DNA from: Candidatus Micrarchaeota archaeon
GTDB lineage: Archaea > Micrarchaeota > Micrarchaeia > Micrarchaeales > CABMGC01
NCBI GenBank assembly: GCA_027365725.1
Contig: DAHXMA010000025.1
Coordinates: 26,611-90,610 of the forward strand
DNA: 64,000 bases
Direction: 5' to 3'
Below, in pieces: positions 10,101-17,173 of this stretch; the stretch's first letter is position 1; every line of letters starts with the position of its first letter. The notes below the pieces were generated by a model. The model saw nothing but the letters and a program-made list of their open reading frames with translations, ran no database searches and was not told where the DNA came from. Both the position numbers and the translations under genes were made by a program.

Positions 10101-13100
10101 AGGATCACAGGTATACATAGCAAATTCCTCATCTGGATACATCCCGATATACAACGGAGGCACATTGGCATACTCGACGTACATCAGCCTAGACTTCAAC
10201 AACGACCAGGCCCTTTATACATCACTACTTTCTGGCCCGTCAGAGGGCGTGGCTGCAAACATAATAGACTACTTCCAGAACGGCGGCCTGTACAATATAA
10301 CAACCGACTGCGGCGGATCCGGCCAGCCTGCATGCACATCTGATGACAACAAGATGAAGGATATAATAAATACTTATAAGTCCACCCAATCATACAGCCA
10401 GGTAAAGGATCAGCTCGACCAGGTGGACTGGCCAAGCGGAAATTCCAATAACAACTACCATCATCCGCTTGGAATAGAGGATATAAACGGCTACCTTTAT
10501 GTGCTAGACGACTGGGCAGGCACAACTGGCTTATCCTGCAATTTCAATATAGGCGGCCTCTGCGCGCCTTTGACAAACACAGGCGGAATACTCTTCAACA
10601 TATTGGATCTGAGGGTCATAAACTCCAGCGGAGTTGATGTTCCTATAGTGCCTACATACTACAATGACCTCTGGTACTATACAAACTCAGACCAATACTC
10701 ACTTAAGAAGTTCACGGCCAACAGCAACAACCTTTACCCTCCTTTCGGGTGGATACTTTCTGCAAACGTAAGTGCGATGAAGGTAACGTCCTTCGGACTA
10801 TTCGCCGGGCCCCAGCCGCCGTTCATAAGCCTGTGCTCCGGAGACGCAAGCCAGTGCAGCAACCCTCCCTCAAACTATTACGGCACGCTGCTCCCCATAG
10901 GGCCGCCGCTAAAAGCATACGGCACATGCAACTTCCTTGGCGTTGGCCAGTCTGCGATATGGGCTTCAGACGTTGCATTCTCTGTCAACTACAACAACAC
11001 CGCAAGCATATACATCCCTTCAAGCGCAAACATACAGAATCCAGGATGCAGCTCTAACAAGAACTCCGAGCTGATCCTTGCGCACCTCAATCCACAGAAC
11101 TACACCAAGCAGATAGGCACGGCAAGCCCGATACCTTTCCAGAACGGGCTGAACTACAAATGCTATACTGGCGATTCCCAGATGTCAAGCTCAGCCACTT
11201 CGCAGGCAGAGTGTTCCTATGATCCAAACACACCAAAGCTATCCGGGCCTATATATCTGGCATCAAACCCATTCGAGTTCGATTCAAACTTCGGCGGATA
11301 CCAGGTGCTGGCGCTTGATGCAATCTACGGGTCCGCATTTTCCGGCGGCTCAGGGCCAAGCTCACAGATAGGCAGCGGCGGCTCCCTGAGCGGATACTCA
11401 AACAGCATATTGAACGGGCTCAGCGGCACAGTAAAAGGGATATCTGGCACAAGCTTTACCAACCTGAATTCGCTCCAGAACTTTCAGCAGAGCTATGCAA
11501 CATCGCTTAACAGCGTGATAACCGGCTACGCAGTGCTTCCATTCTCATACACATACCAGCTAAGCTGGTACATAAGCGACATAAGCCCTGTAGGGCCGTT
11601 GGCATGCGACAACATACCTTCATCTGTATCGAACCTTGAGGGACCTCAAACATCCACACAGACCATCTATGCTTCAACTGCTTCAAACCAGCAGCAATCA
11701 GGCAACCAAGAAGCATCCATAGAGGGAGGGCCTTCCTATGCAAGATCCGGGCTAAATACAACAGAATACTACAATGCGAGCCTGTATTCGATAATAATTC
11801 CGAGCCACATACTCTACAACATAATAAACAGCAGGCTGTTTGGCAAAACCTATGTCAATAGCACAATCAATGCCAAGACAAACGAGCAGGAGATCGTAAA
11901 TGCGACCACCCTTTACACATATGCCTCAAACATGTTCAGCCAAGGCGCCCTGCCCGGGTACGAAATATTCACGCAGCAGCCGCTGTCGCCTGCATGCAGC
12001 GGAGTCAAATGCGCAGCGCCGCTGGCAAACGTAAACAAGGCATACCTTGTCAAAAACCTATTTTCAACAGTGCCTTCGAACCCGTCTCTCATAACCCTGT
12101 TCAACTTCTTCAGGCTGCCTGTAGACAACCTGGCAATTTCGCTGCAAATGAACGGCACTCTGCCAGGAAGCTCTGACATAGCATATGGCTACCACAGGCT
12201 GGTATTTGTGTACAATGACCGCTTCAACAACACAGTATACATGCCTCTTGACGCTGACATAGCCAATCTTACAGAGATTGCATTGAATGTCACTCCAGAC
12301 GTCAACTCCATAAACGTAAACCAAACAACCATAGTTATAAACGGCACGGCTTTTTGGACTGTGCCGCTGACTACCAACACAGTGCCTCTCAAGGGAGGGG
12401 ACATATACCTGTACTATGATACAAATCTAGATTCCATAGGATACAATGCAGTGGACCAGAAATATCCAACCGATATCGCAGCGGCAACGCTATGCGCATT
12501 CACTTCAGACCATACTGGCGCATGCCAGTACGCAAATCCGGTGTGGACCGGGCTGCAGTACAACAGCAGCCTTCCAGAGGCGATATCCGGCACAAGATGC
12601 ATTGGCCAAGGATGCTTCCTAAACAACGGCCTATATCCTGACGGCACGCCATACATAAGCGCAAATGTCATAACATACAAGCCGTCGTTCAACTCCCATG
12701 GATACTGCTCTCCACCTGCGAACAGCCTGCTGCAGCCTATAAATGCAATATACACAATGTGCAATATTTATGCATCTGCGGCAGCGAATGCGAATATAGA
12801 CAACACCTGCCCGGCAAGCCCTCAGGGCAACACACAGTACTGCTATCCTCTCTATCACAACGGCACCGGAATTTGCACTTCCCAGCTTGGCCTAATAGGC
12901 ATATATCCTACCAATTCGATGGGATATTTCAATGCAAACATAGTTGCATGCGGATCTGCTTCGGCTACAATAATAGCGCAGTACTTCGGCACTCCGGCGC
13001 CAGAGCCCATATCCGCTAGCCAGTCTGCGCTTCCATATTCCGCTGACCCTTCATCATCGCAGTACCTGAGCTTCAAGACCGTGAATTATTCATGGACTCC

Positions 13101-13272
13101 GGTCCAGGTATCGGAGCCTGTACAGACAGGGTCGCTCCTGCTCAGCCTGGGAAGCATAAAATACCTGCCTGTGCTAGTGCTTGCCATAGGCGCAGCAATA
13201 ATACTGTACGGCGCAAAGAAGAGCAGCGGCAGAAGGCAAAGGCGCCGGTCCATGCGTAACAACAGGATTTAA
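7138..13272 (+). CDS. giant secreted, C-terminally membrane-anchored surface protein with SLT-like lysozyme module, NlpC/P60 peptidase module and propeller-like repeats
   Basis: 2044-aa ORF. The N-terminal signal-like segment is MRIFYILLIVVPIAIALSQS. The module SMAFQESSFQPGD...AAGILQEG spans nt ~8260-8630. The module GVPYCYGAE...GGFDCSGLVDWA...GDLVFF...PSHVGICY spans nt ~8962-9435. Repeats include GDIYITG, SQVYIANSSSGYIPIYN and INGYLYVLDDWAG. There are many NxS/T sequons and Cys residues. The C-terminal TM is YLPVLVLAIGAAIILYG, followed by KKSSGRRQRRRS. Confidence 0.9.
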   Translation: MRIFYILLIVVPIAIALSQSSGSSSATAYLTFSGTPQSAQFSQSASQPYALSPAKPVYEYNNADALYLITCPNAPSSSPSSPQLFSTTGSQVFGAWYLAGNECQAPSSSSTYPVSVKITDTVTSPPPQSLPTSYSSSVNVMLTGATHLSLSNIGFSPELVTPTGNFISTDFNTDTYIFHLVPVNGQQGIWTWYGMYAQLSQLDSKLPITAYANTQGVYDYNAICEYTYSLYSSATLESIKNYDMPFSGAQSATINIGMLPYFVYNANVVNPMPSNEFNYQISYDIYSPQNYYAPKGVVEPFGINSISLFLTGYNGNLSYMNNKNQLQITLSSADSNIGLLMPLIPSSSTTTPSSGQCPNQYYTPSYSPSGPGHQLTLSQVIACASNAGFTGGELVTIVSMAFQESSFQPGDMEAVYCAAGILQEGHGNCPYPESTSFISGYSPLTCSTYAQYGWAGVYFNPTCAFQWAHAEVNDQGFYPFWGSYETGAYCKYAPNGFTGVTDPAGGITVPCSGVDQNQIPSYLGSWTSSGYVYSMPSNSASGITAHISTFAQSGTTGTTGQDTYSITINPNSITADPNGYIFVLGTNPNAGKAGSGPSPGASSCNQNQICAEALTQLGVPYCYGAESPRGSDPLIYTDFCSPYGTGGIVTGRSGGFDCSGLVDWATSEAGLPVFGTYSPGTHGLATTGEFTSSSVIHITQAEALPGDLVFFNVPGESPQPSHVGICYNVGCTEMIAAPQTGYTVYIGSVSGVCGISCIAGYVRVKGSNGAAASPYQGYATQPSNEIGLSAAEFNQTTSQNVFAVAPPPPSSSTAVTPEQQYLSEISTSGTAIFVLKAIPPGYYNATLYQPNDVPNATDPSTFATNWNQYWSNLQILQSQSLYVVNVISITKLLASSPSTQGLDFSPINISSDSFGDIYITGEASAQSHTVGRFSTVVNSYSPWLVKITNTLGNGPIEVSAAPLCPSGQSSVPSEICPRAWPEIAVSPTGSQVYIANSSSGYIPIYNGGTLAYSTYISLDFNNDQALYTSLLSGPSEGVAANIIDYFQNGGLYNITTDCGGSGQPACTSDDNKMKDIINTYKSTQSYSQVKDQLDQVDWPSGNSNNNYHHPLGIEDINGYLYVLDDWAGTTGLSCNFNIGGLCAPLTNTGGILFNILDLRVINSSGVDVPIVPTYYNDLWYYTNSDQYSLKKFTANSNNLYPPFGWILSANVSAMKVTSFGLFAGPQPPFISLCSGDASQCSNPPSNYYGTLLPIGPPLKAYGTCNFLGVGQSAIWASDVAFSVNYNNTASIYIPSSANIQNPGCSSNKNSELILAHLNPQNYTKQIGTASPIPFQNGLNYKCYTGDSQMSSSATSQAECSYDPNTPKLSGPIYLASNPFEFDSNFGGYQVLALDAIYGSAFSGGSGPSSQIGSGGSLSGYSNSILNGLSGTVKGISGTSFTNLNSLQNFQQSYATSLNSVITGYAVLPFSYTYQLSWYISDISPVGPLACDNIPSSVSNLEGPQTSTQTIYASTASNQQQSGNQEASIEGGPSYARSGLNTTEYYNASLYSIIIPSHILYNIINSRLFGKTYVNSTINAKTNEQEIVNATTLYTYASNMFSQGALPGYEIFTQQPLSPACSGVKCAAPLANVNKAYLVKNLFSTVPSNPSLITLFNFFRLPVDNLAISLQMNGTLPGSSDIAYGYHRLVFVYNDRFNNTVYMPLDADIANLTEIALNVTPDVNSINVNQTTIVINGTAFWTVPLTTNTVPLKGGDIYLYYDTNLDSIGYNAVDQKYPTDIAAATLCAFTSDHTGACQYANPVWTGLQYNSSLPEAISGTRCIGQGCFLNNGLYPDGTPYISANVITYKPSFNSHGYCSPPANSLLQPINAIYTMCNIYASAAANANIDNTCPASPQGNTQYCYPLYHNGTGICTSQLGLIGIYPTNSMGYFNANIVACGSASATIIAQYFGTPAPEPISASQSALPYSADPSSSQYLSFKTVNYSWTPVQVSEPVQTGSLLLSLGSIKYLPVLVLAIGAAIILYGAKKSSGRRQRRRSMRNNRI

Positions 13273-13299
13273 TAATCAGAAAAGCCCAATTATATACAG

Positions 13300-14661
13300 G
13301 TGATTAATACGGATGGTGCGACGCGCAAAAGGCCCCAGGCGGGTGCGGCAGGTGCTAGGTCTGCGGCAGAGCCAATATCACAAAATCAGCAGGGCGTAGC
13401 TCAGCTTGGCAACTCTGCAATCGAGGAAGCCGTAAGGAAGACGGCATTAACGTCGTTTAGCGCAATAAATGATGGGCTTAAAAAGCTCGCTGACATTTCA
13501 AAGCAGGGAAGGCTAAGCACAGACGAGGCAAGGGCGCTTGAAAACGATATAAACAAAGAGGCCAGGCATGTGGGCGTGCTGATACGGTCTTTTGACAAGC
13601 TCCTGGCGCCAGGCATGGCCGATTCGATGATAAGGGAATTAAACAAGATGATGACAGACGGCGCCAAAGACATATACGGTACCGGTAATCATATCAGCTG
13701 GCATGACCTATCTGAGATATCAATGGTAAAAGCGCATATAACCGGCAGCGTCCTTGACCCAAGCGACATGGGCTCAGTGCTTAAAAACCTGGAAAATGCA
13801 GCGAAGGAATCCGTAATTGCGGCATTTCAAAAAACGAAAATAGACTTCGACGAAATGGAAGCCAAGTTCGTAGACCTGAAATCCGCACTCAGAGACATCG
13901 GAGGCCTAGGCCCTGGCAGGTCTGAAGTAATTGACGATGCAAACAAAGTTGCAATGCTCAGCGCAGGTCCTGTAAGCGATAATGACGGCAATAAAACAAG
14001 GACGGAATACCTGATTGAGGCCCGTCAGCTAAAAGATAAGCTAAGCGGCCTGCAAAGGGGCCAGGAATACGTAGACAACCTTGTAATGCAGGCATCTGCG
14101 CTTGCTGCTGCAGGCGAGCATTCAAGGGCAGGAAAAGCATACGAAAGCGCGCTGCAGCATATAAGCTGGCTTGAAAACGAAAAAGCAGCATCTCCATCCG
14201 CTGCTGACGTACTGCATGGTTTCAGGAAGGACATAATGTCATTAAAGCTGGAACTCAACGAAAGCGCGGCAAGCGAGTTCATGGCAGGAGGAACCATGTC
14301 AAAAGCGAAGAGGCACTATCTTGAAGCCGCAAAGCTCTCAGGAATAGGGGCAGATACTGAAAGGCAGCAGGATAATATTCAGGCGGCAGCAGGCGCAGAA
14401 GCAAATGCCAAACGTCATAATAAGGCCGCATCGCTATATATAAGGGCCTCATTGCTCTCAGCATCAAAGCCGGAGGAGGAATCAAAACTACTCATTCATG
14501 CTGCAGATGAATATGCCCTGATTGCAAACGGAGGAAAGGAAAAAGCGCTTCAACACTATGCCAAAGCAATAGATGCAGCAAGCAGATCGGAGAGCAAGGA
14601 AGCAGAAGACCTGAAAGCGATGGCAAGGGAAAAGATAAAAAAACTAGAGGATGCCAATTAG
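13300..14661 (+). CDS. hypothetical Ala-rich helical-repeat protein (TPR/SNAP-like C-terminal half)
   Basis: 453-aa ORF with a GTG start 28 nt after the giant gene and no signal peptide. It contains repeated A..Y..A helices (RAGKAYESALQHI, KAKRHYLEAAKL, KAASLYIRASLL, KALQHYAKAIDAA). The start codon is uncertain. Confidence 0.6.
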   Translation: MINTDGATRKRPQAGAAGARSAAEPISQNQQGVAQLGNSAIEEAVRKTALTSFSAINDGLKKLADISKQGRLSTDEARALENDINKEARHVGVLIRSFDKLLAPGMADSMIRELNKMMTDGAKDIYGTGNHISWHDLSEISMVKAHITGSVLDPSDMGSVLKNLENAAKESVIAAFQKTKIDFDEMEAKFVDLKSALRDIGGLGPGRSEVIDDANKVAMLSAGPVSDNDGNKTRTEYLIEARQLKDKLSGLQRGQEYVDNLVMQASALAAAGEHSRAGKAYESALQHISWLENEKAASPSAADVLHGFRKDIMSLKLELNESAASEFMAGGTMSKAKRHYLEAAKLSGIGADTERQQDNIQAAAGAEANAKRHNKAASLYIRASLLSASKPEEESKLLIHAADEYALIANGGKEKALQHYAKAIDAASRSESKEAEDLKAMAREKIKKLEDAN

Positions 14662-14681
14662 CCAATTAGGCTTCTTGCCAG

Positions 14682-14786
14682 TCACTCTTCAACATCGTCG
14701 TCTTCGTCTTCAAATTCCTCTTCGTCGAAGTCGTCGCTGTCCTCTTCGTCTTCTGCATCATCTTCGTCAAAGTCTTCTTTGGCCAT
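14682..14786 (-). CDS. candidate 34-aa poly-acidic micro-protein
   Basis: Hand-translated minus-strand ORF, MAKEDFDEDDAEDEEDSDDFDEEEFEDEDDDVEE*. It is below the ORF-track size cutoff. An AT-rich TAATAAAA-like box lies about 25-32 nt upstream. It is convergent with the 453-aa gene. Confidence 0.3.
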   Translation of the reverse strand: MAKEDFDEDDAEDEEDSDDFDEEEFEDEDDDVEE

Positions 14787-15003
14787 TCTTATCAACCAAT
14801 AATAACCTAAGCAACGTTTTATTAGAAAACTATTTAAACCTATTCATATCTGCATTTTACGGCCGTTACCAGCCAATATGCCCCTGCGCTATGCATGCAT
14901 TCAGCATATGCAAAATACGTTCCCGCCTGTGCCACCGCTATTAATTTATAAGCATTATTGCCTATATCTCAAATGCGTTGGCCAGTACTTCATATACGGC
15001 CAC

Positions 15004-15075
15004 GGGCTCTTAGCTCAACGGTAGAGCGTCCGCTTTGCAGGCGGAAGGTTGCGGGTTCGAATCCCGCAGAGTCCA
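15004..15075 (+). tRNA. tRNA-Ala (anticodon UGC)
   Basis: Cloverleaf folded by hand. The acceptor GGGCTCT/AGAGTCC carries the G3:U70 alanine identity pair. D arm GCTC..GAGC, anticodon stem TCCGC/GCGGA with loop TTTGCAG, T arm GCGGG-TTCGAAT-CCCGC, discriminator A. No intron and no encoded CCA. Confidence 0.93.
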
Positions 15076-15076
15076 C

Positions 15077-15099
15077 AAAACTTCTTAAAAAGAAGTTTT
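15077..15099 (+). terminator. perfect 8-bp hairpin ending in a T-run directly after tRNA-Ala
   Basis: AAAACTTC-ttaaaaa-GAAGTTTT starts 2 nt after the tRNA discriminator base. Its 3' arm ends in TTTT. Confidence 0.35.
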
Positions 15100-15178
15100 A
15101 TCAAGAAGCTGAGGGAAATTTAGGCGGCAAGCCCGCAAGTGGCGTACCACAAAACACATCCGCTTGAACTAAAGCTGC

Positions 15179-15358
15179 TCATTTCTTTGTCGAGATTCCC
15201 AACGCGCTGTATATCGGACAGGAGTTTACTGCGGAAGTTAATATGAACACCACTCCCAATATGCCCAGAACTATATATAGCAGCCCACCGTACAATAGCG
15301 CTAGCGCAATGAAAACAACACCCAATGCCGTACGAACGATCCTATCTAATCCAGACAA
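15179..15358 (-). CDS. small membrane protein, DUF2892 (YgaP C-terminal-like) family
   Basis: Hand-translated 59-aa ORF with a TTG start, (M)SGLDRIVRTALGVVFIALALLYGGLLYIVLGILGVVFILTSAVNSCPIYSALGISTKK*. The G-x-DR-x-x-R...two TM...CP-x-Y-x-x-x-G-x-S-T pattern is typical of DUF2892. It falls just under the track cutoff. Confidence 0.55.
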   Translation of the reverse strand: MSGLDRIVRTALGVVFIALALLYGGLLYIVLGILGVVFILTSAVNSCPIYSALGISTKK

Positions 15359-15492
15359 TTATAACCGGAGAGGACAGGCACGTAAAAATACAGCTCAGCG
15401 GCAAATAGGCGTTAATCCGAACAGGTCCTAACGCTTGCCTAAAAGGCCATTTCCTGCGTAATCAATTTAAATGTTTATAACATAATGCACGT

Positions 15493-17166
15493 ATGCCAGA
15501 TGCAGCTGATCCATCGCAGGCCGCTGCTGATGCCAGCAATGCGTCTAGCCCTGCACCTCAACGAAGGCAGCCTGCCAGCGGACGAGCCTCTCCTAAATTA
15601 TTAATCGCAGGAGTGGCAGTGGCTATAATAGCAATAGTGCTTATAGCAGCGTACCTGCTGCTGGGAAGCCACATTGCATCAGTTTCAAGGTATGCCCTGC
15701 TTGCTGAGACCCTCTCTTCTGGAAAGCAGGTTACACTGAGCAAAGTGCTGCAATTGCTAAACGTAAGCCTAATTCCAAGCAGCGCAGTAAATTCAAGCGT
15801 GAATGCAAACTACTCCGGCTCCGGAGGCGCTTCAGTTGTATACAGTGGCATTAACCTCAATATACCTTTCAGATACACTGCCTCAGAGCAGGCAAACGGA
15901 AGCTATTCCAGAACCGCAATACAGCTGAACACGCTCGGCACAAATATATCTGGCACATACATATCCACTCCAAGCGAGACGCTGCTATGTGGCAATCAAA
16001 ATCAGTCATACTCATTCCTTGCATCTGCAATATCTGGCTCGGGCTCTTCCGCATCGCCTGCCGAAAAACCTGACTACAAATGCATTCTATCAAGCTTCTC
16101 CAGATCGCCTTTAGCATCGTTAAATTCAAGCTCAATGAAAACCCTAAACTTGCTGATAAACTACGTAGGCAACAACACGTATATCAATGCCAGCAAGACC
16201 AGCTATTCAACCTACAAAGGCAGCAGCTGCATATATGTTGCAGGGCATATACACACCAACACGATTAATCTGGGCACACTGCTTGCCTCTTTATACAATA
16301 GTACGTCTCAAAATTCTTCAAGCGCCTCCGGTGATACCTTCGAATTAAGCGGACCGTACTCGGCGTGCGTATCTCCCTCGTCAGGAGCAGTGTACAACTT
16401 TAGCGTTTCTATTGCGGCAAACATCGAATATAAAGCATCTTCATACTCCTCTTCCGAATCAAATTTTAACGTCAGCTTATCTATCTCTGGAAATGCGACC
16501 TCCATAGGGGCGCCAGAGCCGTATTCTTTTATCTCCAATCCTCCGTACCCGATAATAAACGGGACCTGCTCAAACCAGAACCTGCTAATAGATCCAATGA
16601 ATTACCAATCCTCATTTTCCCCATATTACTATTCCTGCCAGTCTGTAGACCTTAATAGCACCGGAGGGCTCAGGCTTGTACTGTCACCTGAGCAAAACCC
16701 TTACGGATCGCTATATGGAAATTATTCAACGCCATCCGCAGCACAGACAAGCCCTGCAAGGATCCTGGGGCTTGCATGCAACTCCTATCAGAACGCGTTC
16801 CTGGCGCCAAATGCATCTTCGTATAAACCTGTAAATATTACCGTAAATCAAAATTCAGAGCTAACCTTGATATTCTCATGCCCCATTACCCCCGCAAACA
16901 AACTCGAGTATTCTGCAAGCTTGTACATAGTCACGCAGCAGAATGGCACATCTTTTAATTCGTATCCAGGGATGAACGGCACGTATTCACAGTCAAGCAA
17001 CATGAGCTATTTCCTTACTTCAATAACTGCCTTCCCTACAATATCAGGGCCGCTGGGAAGGAATGCCAACACGGGTCCAGTGTCAAGCCGCGTGGTGCTG
17101 CCACAGAGCCCTTCCTATAACTACACCTTCAATTTTACAACAACAATCCCTTACAATGCGACCTGA
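15493..17166 (+). CDS. N-terminally anchored Ser/Asn-rich extracellular protein (probable glycoprotein)
   Basis: 557-aa ORF. It has a Pro/Ala-rich cytoplasmic head, one TM (LLIAGVAVAIIAIVLIAAYLLLG), then a long S/N/T-rich region with many NxS/T sequons. TATA-like AATTTAAAT lies 21-29 nt upstream. Confidence 0.7.
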   Translation: MPDAADPSQAAADASNASSPAPQRRQPASGRASPKLLIAGVAVAIIAIVLIAAYLLLGSHIASVSRYALLAETLSSGKQVTLSKVLQLLNVSLIPSSAVNSSVNANYSGSGGASVVYSGINLNIPFRYTASEQANGSYSRTAIQLNTLGTNISGTYISTPSETLLCGNQNQSYSFLASAISGSGSSASPAEKPDYKCILSSFSRSPLASLNSSSMKTLNLLINYVGNNTYINASKTSYSTYKGSSCIYVAGHIHTNTINLGTLLASLYNSTSQNSSSASGDTFELSGPYSACVSPSSGAVYNFSVSIAANIEYKASSYSSSESNFNVSLSISGNATSIGAPEPYSFISNPPYPIINGTCSNQNLLIDPMNYQSSFSPYYYSCQSVDLNSTGGLRLVLSPEQNPYGSLYGNYSTPSAAQTSPARILGLACNSYQNAFLAPNASSYKPVNITVNQNSELTLIFSCPITPANKLEYSASLYIVTQQNGTSFNSYPGMNGTYSQSSNMSYFLTSITAFPTISGPLGRNANTGPVSSRVVLPQSPSYNYTFNFTTTIPYNAT

Positions 17167-17173
17167 GCAAGGA

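Noticed and set aside
13297-13400. SD-like AGGTGAT followed by ATG 13313 as the true start of the gene after the giant ORF.
   Set aside because: That ATG is out of frame with the 453-aa ORF and yields only a ~28-codon peptide. The GTG at 13300 is kept as a provisional start and flagged as uncertain.
14958-15167. 69-aa ORF in the track.
   Set aside because: It overlaps the tRNA-Ala gene (15004-15075) on the same strand, and its translation simply reads through the tRNA.
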